A stretch of DNA of 64,000 nt from Podospora anserina. Its lineage: Eukaryota. Positions within the stretch are counted from its first letter, which is position 1; each line of letters starts with the position of its first letter. The stretch is taken from the NCBI GenBank assembly GCA_017654855.1, contig CM030332.1, forward strand, positions 2,108,001-2,172,000, in the 5' to 3' direction. A model generated the notes under the pieces. The model was not told the DNA's origin. It worked only from the letters and a program-made list of their open reading frames with translations, and made no database searches. Of this stretch, positions 1 through 11,700 are shown piece after piece. The position numbers and the translations under genes are program-made.

Positions 1-1591
1 TTCCGTTAGCGAGGCCAGCCTCCTTGATAGTTTGATCCAGGAGGTCGATCAGGTCCACACCACTGGGCGATGTCTTGAGCTCAAATGGTACCCCCTCCAT
101 GCCTGGAATGGGTGGCTCAGCCTTGATCCATTCGTAAATTCTGGACACCGTATCGTCGAGGCGGAACCGCCTGATAGTGCGGCCAATGCTGTGCCTGATT
201 TGAATGCGCGTTGTGGTCTTGGGATCGGCGGCTGGCTCCGAGTGTGGCTGATTAGATGGAATTCTGTCAAAAGCCGACTCAACCTTTGGAGGTTCTGCTG
301 GTGGCTCCTCCGCCTTCCCCTTGCCCTTGTCGTCCGCAGCCAGGTTGCCAGTTGAACGGGTTAGCGCATCGGGGTCGTCGATGTTTGGCGGCGAACCACC
401 CGTGGCAGCCGCCAGACTGTTCTGAAGTGCGAGCTCAAGCTGCTGCTCCTCCGTCAATCGATCGAAGTCGATAACGCGCTCTGGCCTCTTGGCCTTGGTA
501 ACGGGGTTTTTGCTGTTGGCTGCGAGGCTGTACCTATCAAGGAACTCGACAAGCTGAGCGTGAAACTCCGAGGGCGATGGAAATGGGATGCCGCTCCAGA
601 CCTTGACCTGTTCACCAGTGCGGGGGTCGACAACCGACACATGAGGATAGTTGTTGGGGTTCTCATGGGTCCGGTTGGGAAAGTAGAAGTTGATGTACCG
701 CTCGGCAGAAGGATCCAACTTGTCGTACTGCAGGAAAATGAAGTTCTCCTTGATGAGGGAGACAATGGCTTGGTCCTTCCACACATCGCGGTTGAGCATC
801 TGGCATTGAAAGTCTGAGGAGTCTTGCAGGTTGACCAACAGCCACTTCTTCTCCTCCTTGCCTTCGTCGCGGGCCTCCTCCCAAGAGAAGTCGGAAATGA
901 TGTCGTATGGTGGCCTGAAGAGCTCAGCCAGGCGATCTGCCCTACTAACCGCAGCACCGGCTGGTCTAGAGGCTGCTGCCGGAGCACCCGCCGACCAAGC
1001 TGATGGTTGTGCGAACGGGTTGTTGGCTCCAGCACGCCTACGGGCTGCAGCGGCAGCTTGTCCGTGTTCCCTTCTAGCACGAATCTGAGCAAGTACCGAC
1101 TCATGATCGTCGTCGTCAAAACCGCCACCAGGGGCCACGAGCACCTCAGTTGTACGTGCCATGGGAGCCCTAACGCCATCGTCGTCGAGGCCTGCGCCGC
1201 CACCCCCAGCCCCAGACGCTGAAGGATTGTAGAACTGCTCTTGCAACTCCCTAGCCAAGGCAGCATCTTCGTCTTCTTGAGCCGCACGGGCAATGCCGGC
1301 AACATCGTCGGTATCGGAGTCGAAACCCGGGTCCTGCATGTCGTCGTCGCTATCGTCAATATGGATGACGCCTTGGGCATCTTCTCTGCCTTGGGAAGGA
1401 CGGGGACGGTTCGAAGCTGTGGTCAACGCAGGGGTTTGCAAACTTTGCTCGATATTTCTCTGAAGGTCGAGGTCTGAATACCACATGCTGATGGCCTGGG
1501 TGGAATCGCCGCACATGTCGATCATACGTTTGGCCACGGCGTGAGACGTTGCCGTGACCGTCATGAATTCTTGGATCTGCTCCTCGTCCAT
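1..1591 (-). CDS. UBX5: UBX domain-containing Cdc48/p97 adaptor (Ubx5/UBXN7-like: UBA-like, UAS, UBX); 3' end truncated by window edge
   Basis: Not in the ORF track because no stop falls in the window. Manual translation from ATG at 1591 gives MDEEQIQEFMTVTATSHAVAKRMIDMC (UBA-like), then the UAS domain ELFRPPYDII...WEEARDEGKEEKKWLLVNLQDSSDFQCQMLNRDVWKD...ENFIFLQY, ending ...DLIDLLDQTIKEAGLANG at the edge, typical of a UBX C-terminus. Confidence 0.88.
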   Translation of the reverse strand, partial: MDEEQIQEFMTVTATSHAVAKRMIDMCGDSTQAISMWYSDLDLQRNIEQSLQTPALTTASNRPRPSQGREDAQGVIHIDDSDDDMQDPGFDSDTDDVAGIARAAQEDEDAALARELQEQFYNPSASGAGGGGAGLDDDGVRAPMARTTEVLVAPGGGFDDDDHESVLAQIRARREHGQAAAAARRRAGANNPFAQPSAWSAGAPAAASRPAGAAVSRADRLAELFRPPYDIISDFSWEEARDEGKEEKKWLLVNLQDSSDFQCQMLNRDVWKDQAIVSLIKENFIFLQYDKLDPSAERYINFYFPNRTHENPNNYPHVSVVDPRTGEQVKVWSGIPFPSPSEFHAQLVEFLDRYSLAANSKNPVTKAKRPERVIDFDRLTEEQQLELALQNSLAAATGGSPPNIDDPDALTRSTGNLAADDKGKGKAEEPPAEPPKVESAFDRIPSNQPHSEPAADPKTTTRIQIRHSIGRTIRRFRLDDTVSRIYEWIKAEPPIPGMEGVPFELKTSPSGVDLIDLLDQTIKEAGLANG

Positions 1592-2774
1592 GGTTGCTGA
1601 TGTCTAGCTGAGTCAAGCTAAGTTAAGTGATAAGAGCTGTCGTATGTCAAGATATGCGGGAAGTAGTATGCCCTGTGATGTCCGGCTGGAAGAGAAGAGT
1701 CGAAGGGAGTCAGTCGGTCGAAAGGTTTGTGGTAAAAGCCCACAGAGCTCGGAAGGAAATCTTGAGCGCACGCTGCGAGGAAGCAAGCGGCGGGAAGGGA
1801 ACGGTTGATCCCAAAAGTCGGTCGCAGTGGCTCTCCGGAGGAAGGTCTTGGGGAAAAGTCGGGCGGAGGAGAGAGTCCAGTGTCGATCGGTTTGCTCAAT
1901 CGCTCTCGTGGGTTGGTCGAGAGTGTGTCGGAGCAGGAAGAGTTGGGCTGCAGCTGCAGAAGGAAAAAAGGTTTTCGGCACGAGGCGTCGTAGCTCGGGG
2001 CTTTGCGGGCGGGAACTGTGGGTTATGGTTTGCGAGGCAAGCAAGAGTGAGGTGAAGTGGAAGAAAGCTCCAGCTGTGATCGAGAGTGGGATGGGTGGGT
2101 GGATGGAGATTGAGCCCCGCGTTGCTCTTGCTTCCAGGTTTCGGCTTCGGCTGGGTTCTTGTTCTGGTGGGTGCGGAGAAAGAGAGCAAGCAGGTTGGGG
2201 AGTGGTGCTTTGAAATAATTCACTGAGCGATAAGATAAGATTTGTTGAGTGAACGCGTATCTCAGCTGGGTGCCTGTCAAGAGCAGAGCTTCGATGGGGG
2301 AGGAGTTCGTTTGGCTGCCCGGCGGTTGCTGGTTTGGAGGGGACGGGACCTGTGACGCAAGACCGACGGCGGATCCCGATCTCTTGGCACCTAGCAGGGT
2401 TAGGGTTGCTTCACTTGTGACATTCAACAACTTGTTCCCTGAGGGACTATTGTTCTTGATGGGATTATCAGCGGTTATTTGACCAGTTCTATGCCATTGT
2501 ATGTGTCTTGTAGCCAGGTATATATCTAAAACATCCTTATACAAATATCCACTCCTCGAAATATCTCAAGATATTCCCTGTTCCTTCCTAAGCAGAGCAA
2601 TGATGTCCTCCCTCCTCAATGACATCAACAAGATGTGCTCTTGTCTTTCCTCTTCTTCCTCATTTCCAAGCAATTGCATGTTTGCCATAAGCCGAAAGAC
2701 CCTCATCGGCCCTGCATAACCTCATGGCTTCCCAACGTCGTGATGAGAAGCAATGGTGTGATATCATGATGCCC

Positions 2775-5700
2775 CTACCCAAGCAGCTTGAGGGACTCCT
2801 TCCACTCCTTCTGCACGTCCAGGGACCTCTCCTTCTCGATGGAACCCGTAACCAACCCCTCAACCTCCTTGCCCAGCTCCGTCGTCTTGAACTCCACACC
2901 CTCAGCCGTGATCTTGCCCAGCTGAATGGCGCCCTTGACCGCCTTGGCTCTCGCGATCCGCTGTGACTCCAACCCCGTGTCTTCCGCATCGAGGTCCAAC
3001 GTCGACAGGAACCATCGGATGATCGGGACAGCATCACTCCCAGCCGCGCCTGCCACGGCGGCAGCTTCCAGAATATCCTTGGCGCACTCGTACCAGTACG
3101 TCTTGCGGATGACGTCGAACTCGGGTCGGGTGATGTACGGCTTCGCGGTGAATACCTGGGCAGGCTTAAACTTGGGATCGATCGACTCGATGGCAGTGAT
3201 GACTTCCTTCAGAGTTGAGAGGGGATCCTTGCTCATATTGGCCCGGTTGTATCCCTTCGACAGAGTCTCCAGCGCTTTCCACTTGGTCACAGTCTTCAGA
3301 TCCAGTCCACGACTGCCCTTGGACGTGGAAGCAGGTGTGTCGACGTCCATAGCGTCGCCGTCCTTGTCCTCCTCCTCGACATCCAGGTAAGGCGCGACGA
3401 TGGTCTTGATGTCGGGAAGCATGTCACCGAATCCATCCCAAGCAGCAGCAACGCGCCGGAGGCACTCGAAGGCGTGGGGGCGATAGACATCATTGTTGCG
3501 CTTGGCCTCCCGAATGGCAACCTTCTTGTAGGCAGCCACCAACTTGTCATCCTTCTCCAGTAGCTCCTTGCTGAGCTCAACAAACTTCGGGAACGGCTCG
3601 AGAAGCTTCTCCTTTCCAGGGAAGGTCTTGAGAATGAGAGCCTTATCGTAGACCGGCCAGAGGGTCTTGACGTGCTCAACATTGACGTGGTGCGTGATGG
3701 TCTTGGCACCCGCCACGGACTCGGCAGCATCAGCCACCGTAAGGGCACCTCCATGCTTGAGTGCCCACTGAGCAGTGGACAAGGTCTTCTCCGCGAGAGA
3801 GACAATCTCTTTGAGGTACTTGGTCACGCTCAGATGCGTGCCAGCGTGCGTGTCCCACACCTCCTTGAACGCCTTTTGCGTGTACTCATCTGTGTCATGT
3901 TTGCCGAGAAAGCTGAAAGGGACGAGCAAAGTCTCCAGCGCGTTGAAGTGATCAGGTGAGATCTTGGAAAGGGCCAACACAACATCGGCAACCTTTTGCC
4001 TGCGAGCGTCGGTGTCTGACTCTAGGTAAAGGTTGATGAACTTTTCGATGAAGCGCTGCTTGGCAGCGTCAGGGGCGACGCGGAGTAGGTAGGCGGTAGC
4101 GCGAGCGTAACCCTGGCTGACTTCGTCATTGCGATCCAGAGTGTGTTTCTCCATCAAGTTCAAGAACGTCGGAGCATGCTTCTCGAAGTTGATGCCATGT
4201 TTGGTGGACAAGGTCCAGATCGCACGGCCACAACCAATCTTGGTTGGCATTCCTATCGCAGTCTTGATCGTCTCGGACAGTTTGGGCACCAGTTGGTCCA
4301 TGACCTCTGCGTCGACATTGCGCAGGCAGTCCTCGATGGCCTCGCCAAGAGGGCCTTGCGAAACGGCATTGGCACGAAGCTTGTCAAGCTTGTCTCTGTT
4401 GGCTTCACCAACCCGCTGGTAGTAGTAATTGATGGCCTCCGGTTCAATCGTGCTCAAGAGACCAAGAAGATGAACCATCAAGGTGGGAATGTAGGGCTTG
4501 AGTGCGCTTCCGCCTCTCTTGCAAATCTTGACGACCGTGCTGACACAGAAGTACTTGACATCGTCGGCTGAGCTCTCGATGCCCTTGTCTGAGAGCAAGA
4601 ATGGTAAGGCCTCGTTCATCATGCTCTTGGCTGTGGCAGAAGATCCAGAGTCTTCGAGCTGACGGACCAATGTTGTCGAGAGAGTCATGCAAAGCTTTCC
4701 AGCTGCGTTGCGAACAGTTGCCTTGACGTCATCCGCCACCTTGACGGCGGCTGCCCAGATGTCCTTGTAGTACTTCTCGTATTTGGGGAAAGGTCGACCA
4801 GAGATCAGTTCGGCAATGGCGGAACAGCTGGCCTCGCGAACACGCCACTCCCTACCCAGGATGCTCTTGAGGAGGTCGTTCATGATGTTGTCGAACTGGG
4901 TCTCCAGCACAACATTCGGATCCTTGATGAGGGCCTTCCAAATGTCGTTCATTGACCGTTGCACATTGGTGTTTGGGTCGAAGCGGTAGCGATACAGCTT
5001 CGGGTAGAGTTTGGGATCCACTTCCGAGCTCGAGAGGATGTTGCTGAGGCCAAATCTACCAAAGGCTGATCTGGTCGACCAGGTGGCCGCGTTGGTGGCC
5101 AAGGACATGAACTTGTAGACCAGGCTGGGATCTCCAACCTCGTTGGCGAGACTGACAATGTCCTTGTAGGACGTGATAGACTTGCCATCCCCAGTCGGCA
5201 AGGCGCCAGCATCAAACAGCTCCGTCTCCTCCTCCACCTTGATCTGAGGTCCAGATCCAGTGAACGAGGCGACCAAATCCTTGGTCAGGTCGCTCTTCAA
5301 CCCGGCGTCGCCCTTCTCGTACACCAAGGCCAGACCCCGCGATGCCGTCTCCTGAACCAGCTCGTCCCTCGCGCTGAGCAGGCGCATGAACGCAACCTGG
5401 CACAGCCGCAAGCGCGACTGCACCTCCTCCAGGTGCGAACACCGCTGGATCAGGCAAAAGAGCCAGATCCCCGACGCCTTCAGCAGCGACGGCTTGGTTG
5501 TCTTGCAGTCCGCAAGCAACTTCTCCAAGACCGCCACCAGCTGAGCGGCGCGCCTCGGAGCCCAGTACTCACGGCCGGCAGACTCGACGTCGACCGTGAG
5601 CTGGACCACCTCGGCGTCCCAGCGCGCGACTGCAGCCGCGATTGCCTCGCCCACCGCGAAGTGGACCTCCACCTGCTTCAGCTCGTACAGTGCGTACAGC

Positions 5701-8700
5701 TGCGCGAGCATCTTCTCCAGGGTCTCATCCCAGCTTCCGTCTGACGGGAGAGACAAAGCCAGTCTGCCCAGGGCAGCAATGGCCTTCTCGTTGCCTTTCT
5801 TTGCGTGGACAACGAGGGGGTCGACAAAAGATTGGATCAGGCTACCCTGATCCTTCTCTCCAAGCCCAGCAGTCCAAAGCTGGGACCAGGCTTCGAACAA
5901 CGTCTCCTGCGTCGAGACGACGGATGCGGCTGACGCCACCTCCTCCAACGTCGGGAAGACGGAGGCGATCTTGGCTGCGCGGTCTGCAGCGCCGGTCTTG
6001 GAGTAGTACACCAGCCGCGAAGCCAGGTGTGCCAATGCGAGGAACGCGCCCTCCACTGCGTTCAACTCCGCCCCCACAGCCGTCTTCAAGTTCTTGGTGA
6101 TGTCAATCAGGCTGGCTGTGACATCGTCAAGTTCTTTGGCGGGGTGTGACGGGTGGGCAGCGAGAATGCCCAGAGCCTTTGCCCCGAGGGCACGCAACTC
6201 CTTTTTGTTGGACTTGATGAGAGGCAGTAGCTCTCTCGAGCGCGGAGCGAGAAATGCCAAGATCACCTTGGATGAAAACGAGGCGAGGTCGACAAATGAA
6301 CGAGCACAGGGCTCGATGATCTTCGGGGCGTCATCTCTTAGCATGCCCTCGAAGGCGGCAGTCAGCAAGTCAGTGAATAGCAGCGCGTCGTCGCGCGTGA
6401 ATTGGACGTGATAATTCCGGATAGCTTGGCGGGTTTCCAGGTCGGACTGGACCAGGGCTTCTAATCTCTGCTGCCACCCGGCGTCGAAAACAAAGCTATC
6501 CGCCAGGGCGGTCAAGAAGAAGATCTTCTTGCAGTAATCGACGGCAGTGGGGAAAGCCTGGATCATGTCGCCGGGGTAGTTCCGAAATAGCGGATGGGCA
6601 TCGATATCCATGCCACTCTCTTCCGTGGACTTGCGCGTGGCTCGCCCTGCCTTAAAAAACACGTCCACCATCGCCGGCCATTCCTATGATGAGTATGTTA
6701 GTACAACGAGATCTTACTTAGCACGAGTAAACAGATTCAGACAAAAGGAAATGTTCCACTTACGGGTAGGTCTTTCGACTTGTCCTCGTCATCATTCACG
6801 TGATATGTCCACGGATCAAGGCCCTTGTATCCCTCTTCCACGACATCATTTCTCTCGTCCAGTCGGCCCGCAACAGCAATAATGTTGATCCACCGTGCTG
6901 TGACGTCCGAGAAAGGCAGACAGTTGTTGGCCCATTTAGCAACAGCGTGCCTAGTGCTGCGTACTACGTTTTCGTCTGTCTCATTGCCGAGCAGCATGTA
7001 CGAGATCAGGATCGACTGGAGCTCGAGTTCCACCCTAAAGTCGTTGTGTGGAGGCTTGAACAAGGTCGATACGCTGGACAGCGCCGAGTCAATGTTCACC
7101 ACCACGTCCGGGGTTGGGTCCTCGGAGAGTGACTGGAACAGCCAAGCAGCAAGGCCCGAACGGCGGTGGTCGTCCATTTTTGTACCCTTCGCCAGGATAC
7201 CAATCGTCTCGTACGCTCGTGAGCGCAGAACACTGTCGTCGAGTGACTGCTGGTGAGGTCTGGGCCAGCCTTGGGAGTGGATGAACTGTCTGAGCATGTC
7301 AATCAGGTTCACCCCGATGCTGTTGAAATCCGTCTTGCTTGGACCAATTCGGGCTACCCAGTTGATGAACTCAAAGAGGGCTCGGTGTAGTTTGGTTTGC
7401 TCCAAACCGGAAGATTTTGGACCCGTGGGACGTTGGTCAATGTCCATGAAGGTGGGATCTTGGCTCTCAACCTTCTTTTCGAGATCCACATTCCGCTTGA
7501 ACACTGCAAGAACCTCATTCGTGAAGGTGGTTGCAATCTCTGACTTGCTGAGCATCCCCAGGATCCGGATCCGATAGGGGGGTTGTAGTTTGGAGTGAGC
7601 GTCGTAGAGCTTGCTCACAAGAGTCTTGTCCTCCAAGGAGACAGAAGTTCTCTTCAGCAGATCCTCTCCGATTCCAGAGATGCGGTAATCCGTGCTGGAG
7701 GCTGCATAGAGAGCGGGAATAAAGCGCTCGAGGTCGGTGAAAGCACCACTGGCCAGAAAGTTGGCAGCAAGAATGCGCGTCTCGGGCAAGTTCAAACCTC
7801 CAGCAGACGGGTTCCAGGTGTCCTTTTTACCTGCAAGTGTCAGAAAGCTGATGTCTGCTTCTGTTAGGCCGGGTGCCGGCTTGTCAGCCGAGGCATTGGC
7901 GGGTAACAACAGGAGCTTGCCGAGCCATTCAGCAACGTATTTGGCGTCTTCGGGGTGGGACAACCCCATGGCCTCTCGAAAGGTAGCATCTTCTTTGCTT
8001 CCTCTTGAAGGAATCTTGATGGTAGGGAGCATACGCAGAACGACGTTGAACAGCTGACTGAGCGAAGCCGAAGACCCAGTTCTAATGTTTTTCAGCGCCT
8101 TGGGCACGAGCTGCTGTTGCTCATAACGTTCAAGCCTGCCAACACTGTGTTGGATGTAGATCAAGTCAAAGTGCTTGATCAGGGGAGAATCAGTCTCCTT
8201 GAACTGATCCAGTAGAGAAGCAACTGGGAGCACGATTCTATAAAGTTGTCAGTTCCGATTCTTTGCCAGAATAGTGAGAAGGGTAGAAGGAGACGCGAGC
8301 CATGAAGGGTAGACGTCAGTGGCTATCAAGTCATGTTGGGTTGACAAGCCCCAGCAGCCACTAGCCTGCTTGTGAGCTGCCTCGTTTCTCCACTCAAGCA
8401 AAGGACCACCTCTGCTCAAGTTGAGGACCTCTTCTCTGCTCAAACAAGGTGTAGAGGTGCAGAAAAAGGAGGCCAGGGAGTATGACTTACGTTGGAGATT
8501 GGATAAGCTTGTTGATGTTTCCGCATACCGAGATGACCTTGTTGCGGACCCGAATATGTGGGCTTCCGGCTTTGAGAAGGATTGGGCAGAGATAAACATT
8601 GATTCTCTCCTGAAGCTTCTTCTCGTTGGAAGAGGCGCTCAGAAGCGTCCACTCTGCTCCATCGAGCAAAGAGATGTCTTTCTTTTCTTCCTCGGCAGAG

Positions 8701-8708
8701 GAAGCCAT
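2775..8708 (-). CDS. ECM29: Proteasome adaptor/component Ecm29 (HEAT-repeat protein), 3 exons: 8708-8491, 8237-6764, 6683-2775
   Basis: ORFs 8487-8708, 6737-8233 and 2775-6671 join through GTAAGT...TAG introns (8490-8238, 6763-6684). Recognisable Ecm29 motifs: YLCPILLKAGSPH, SYKDIVSLANEVGDPSLVYKFMSLA, AFGRFGL, LYPKLYRYRFDPN, WRVREASC. Confidence 0.93.
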
Positions 8709-11700
8709 CTTGCGAGAGGGTTATGGGATAAGAACCAGTGGCTGGCCTTGATCAGAATAGGCCTATACGAAGTCGTTAGATCCCATCTCGGGTGGTTCCA
8801 TAGTCATCTAGCGGGTCGGACAGGCAAACCTTGGACAACTCTGTGCCTCTTTTCGAGTGGAAGAGGTCTCTCTGGGAACCTCGCGGCGGTCTACCACTGA
8901 AGCGGGTCGAGAAAACGATGCAATAAATCGATGAAACGATAGAGCAGATGAATTCGAGTCGACTGAAGGCTTCGAATGGCAGATGGTGATGATGGAAGCG
9001 TGGTGCCCCGATGGTGATGGGTAGCCTCGCGAGAAAGAAACTCGAAAAAGGAGGAGATAAGTAAGGTAGGTAGGATTGTATCCGGAGTATTAGGCAGATA
9101 GCCAAAACACGCGGAGTTGTTCTTCAGATGTGGGCGGGAGCAAGTTGAGATGACAGTTTGGTTTCTGCTCCTCGAGTGCTATCCAAGCAGACAGCCTAAC
9201 AAAGCAGGCCCAGTTGGAACTCTGATAGATGCAAAAGTATTGTCAATGGGTAGCAATAGGGGTCGTCCGAGGCTCTCTCTCCGTTTGTCCTAAGGCTTCT
9301 CGACGAGATATAGAGTCCCAGAGGTGTTTGACGAGGACTACTCAAGCCAAAGAATAGGCCCACTGCTACAGTCAAAGCAATATCGGAACTGAGCACCCAA
9401 GGACCGTCACCGGAATGGCCGTGTCTCCTCCAAGAACACGCTGAAGAACTGCTCCAACTCGATGTTAGACGGTCACAATATTCAGGAGGTAGGAGGTCAG
9501 GGGCCCACGGGAATTGGAGGCAAAGATACCAAGACCAGACACTCCTCAGCTACCGGTTACCGGAACCGTTAGTTCCCCTGAGATGTGGAAATGAAGGGCC
9601 CCAACACTTCGAGCTGCTCAAACGTCAAAGCAGCCACAAAATTGCGATGGGAAACTCTTCTTGAGGCTAGATACCTATAGGAGGTTCAGCCCCTCGATAG
9701 GCCGCCAACGCAGTACGACTCGTGGTCGCAACAGCTTCCTAGGGTATAGAAGAGAAGGGGATGCTGGTATTCCTTTTCGAATAGCTTGGCGATGAACCGG
9801 GTATCTTAACAGAAAACGAAGAGACGTGCCTCTAATAAACCAGACGCCGTTAGAAAGACAGCTGCTGGGCAGAAAAGGAGCGCTGAGGAGACGGGATGTT
9901 GGTGTCCCCAAGTTAAGCCGGCGCTTGTCCAAGAGTCAAACCCAAGGAAGAGGCACAAGAGAATGGAACGAGAGTAGTCCAATGTCTAAACTGGATCAGC
10001 TTCCAGGTATATAACAAAGAGGACGTCGTCGCAAGCCCAGTTGCCTGTGTAGGGGGGAGGCGACGTTGTCGAAGGGTTGATGTTTCCTATGTTCCCTTCA
10101 GGCTTCTTGAGGTCTACGACAGCACCTCCCAAACACAAGTGCCAGGTGCTGTGGAGGGGCACAAGAGCCCACAATGAAATGACTAAGCAGATAAGAACAG
10201 ATGAACCGTTGTTCTGTTTGCTTCTTTGCCCAACGTCCAAGGTATGTTACTGGCAAGCAAATGCATCTGCGCTATGGAATTGAGATTGCCCAAAATGCCT
10301 CCATAAATAAACCCGCATTTGAACGTAGCTGCTTTTGAAGTAGTCATTCCCCGTGTAGCATTGAGGTACTGGAGGGCTCAAGCACAAGGAGATCCTGTCA
10401 GCCTCAAATGCGTCAGCCACATGGGCGGGGTTGGGAGTATCTGGGCTCATGTACCATGCTTGGCAAACGGCTCTCGGCGCTGTGACCAATTCTGTCTTGG
10501 TCACCGAGGTGAAGGGGCCCCACTCGCGAATAACCTCACTTCGTTGCGGCTTCGATCTTGTAGATCAACGCGATTGAAATTGGATTCTCTGAAACAGTGT
10601 GGTTAATATTTCACCTAAGCAGTCAATGATAGTTCGTCTTAGGCCTGAAAGCTTGCTCCTCGAGACTATGTCCTGGCCTGCCTTTGCTTAGAAGCAACTC
10701 CTATGACAGACAGATTATACGCCCAATGACTACTTCTACACGATTCCACCCGCTTCCTGTCCTATAGAGGCAACGAACTTCGATATAGACGTCTCGGACA
10801 CCCTGTCCATGTCGTCACGAAACAACAGTGCGCCGATACCATGATGCGTCCAAACCCCATCACCCTTATGCTGAATGTACCGAAGAGGAACCCGATCAAC
10901 CAGGATATATCGAGCCGCATACTGAGATCCCGCCAGCGCTCCCCTCTCCCGACATACAGGCAAAAGACGGTAAGAAGCCTTCTAGGGAGATCCAATATGC
11001 CATGGGGGGCTGTTATACCACCAACTCTGAATATCCCAGCTTCTTGTTTCCTACCACTTCTGAAGAGCGATGATGTCGAAGCCGGCAGTCCAAAGGCGGC
11101 ACATCAATGTCTGGGCATAATCCTCGAAATAAGGCGGGACATGCCTGGGTGATGCCGGCACAGACTGTCTGCCGTGGTCTCTTTGCCCTGTTCCGGGTCA
11201 GTCAGAACAAAAACTTTGCCGGCGTGGGTTATGCTGTGGGAAAATGGGAAGATGGCATGGCTGATACTCAAATCACAGCAGTGGAGCTATTGGATCGACC
11301 CATCGATGTGCCCATGGTGTGGTGCGACGCACGGCAGCTTGTTTACAGAGCAAGATCGATCGTGTCTCGAGCAAATCTGGTTCACAATTCCACAGCAGCC
11401 AGCCTGTCTCTACAAGACCTTGGATACCGACCTGCCGGGTAAGTCACTCTTCCCTCTCCGTCCTTCAGAAGGCAAGTACTAGCCACGACGGCGATCTCAA
11501 CAACGTGTCCCCACGATACGCCCCAGAGGAGATATTTATCTTTCCTGCTGACCAGGCCGGTGGTGCTTCACAGTAGCCATCGGAGTCATCAGCTGTTGAG
11601 AGATAGGCGTTTACGCCATCTTCTCGTGTTCTTTGAGCAAACTCAGACGACCATGTTTCAGTTACGCCTTCGTTCAGCCACGCCGAAGGTTACCACAACA

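Noticed and set aside
454-1380. 308-aa minus-strand ORF in the track
   Set aside because: Alternative-frame shadow of the UBX5-like CDS, which is read in a different frame from ATG 1591.
10700-11580. Fragmentary protein-like ORFs (also 13172-13498, 25542-25739, 30734-31168)
   Set aside because: Possibly pseudogene debris, but I recognised no family motif and could not build a spliced model.
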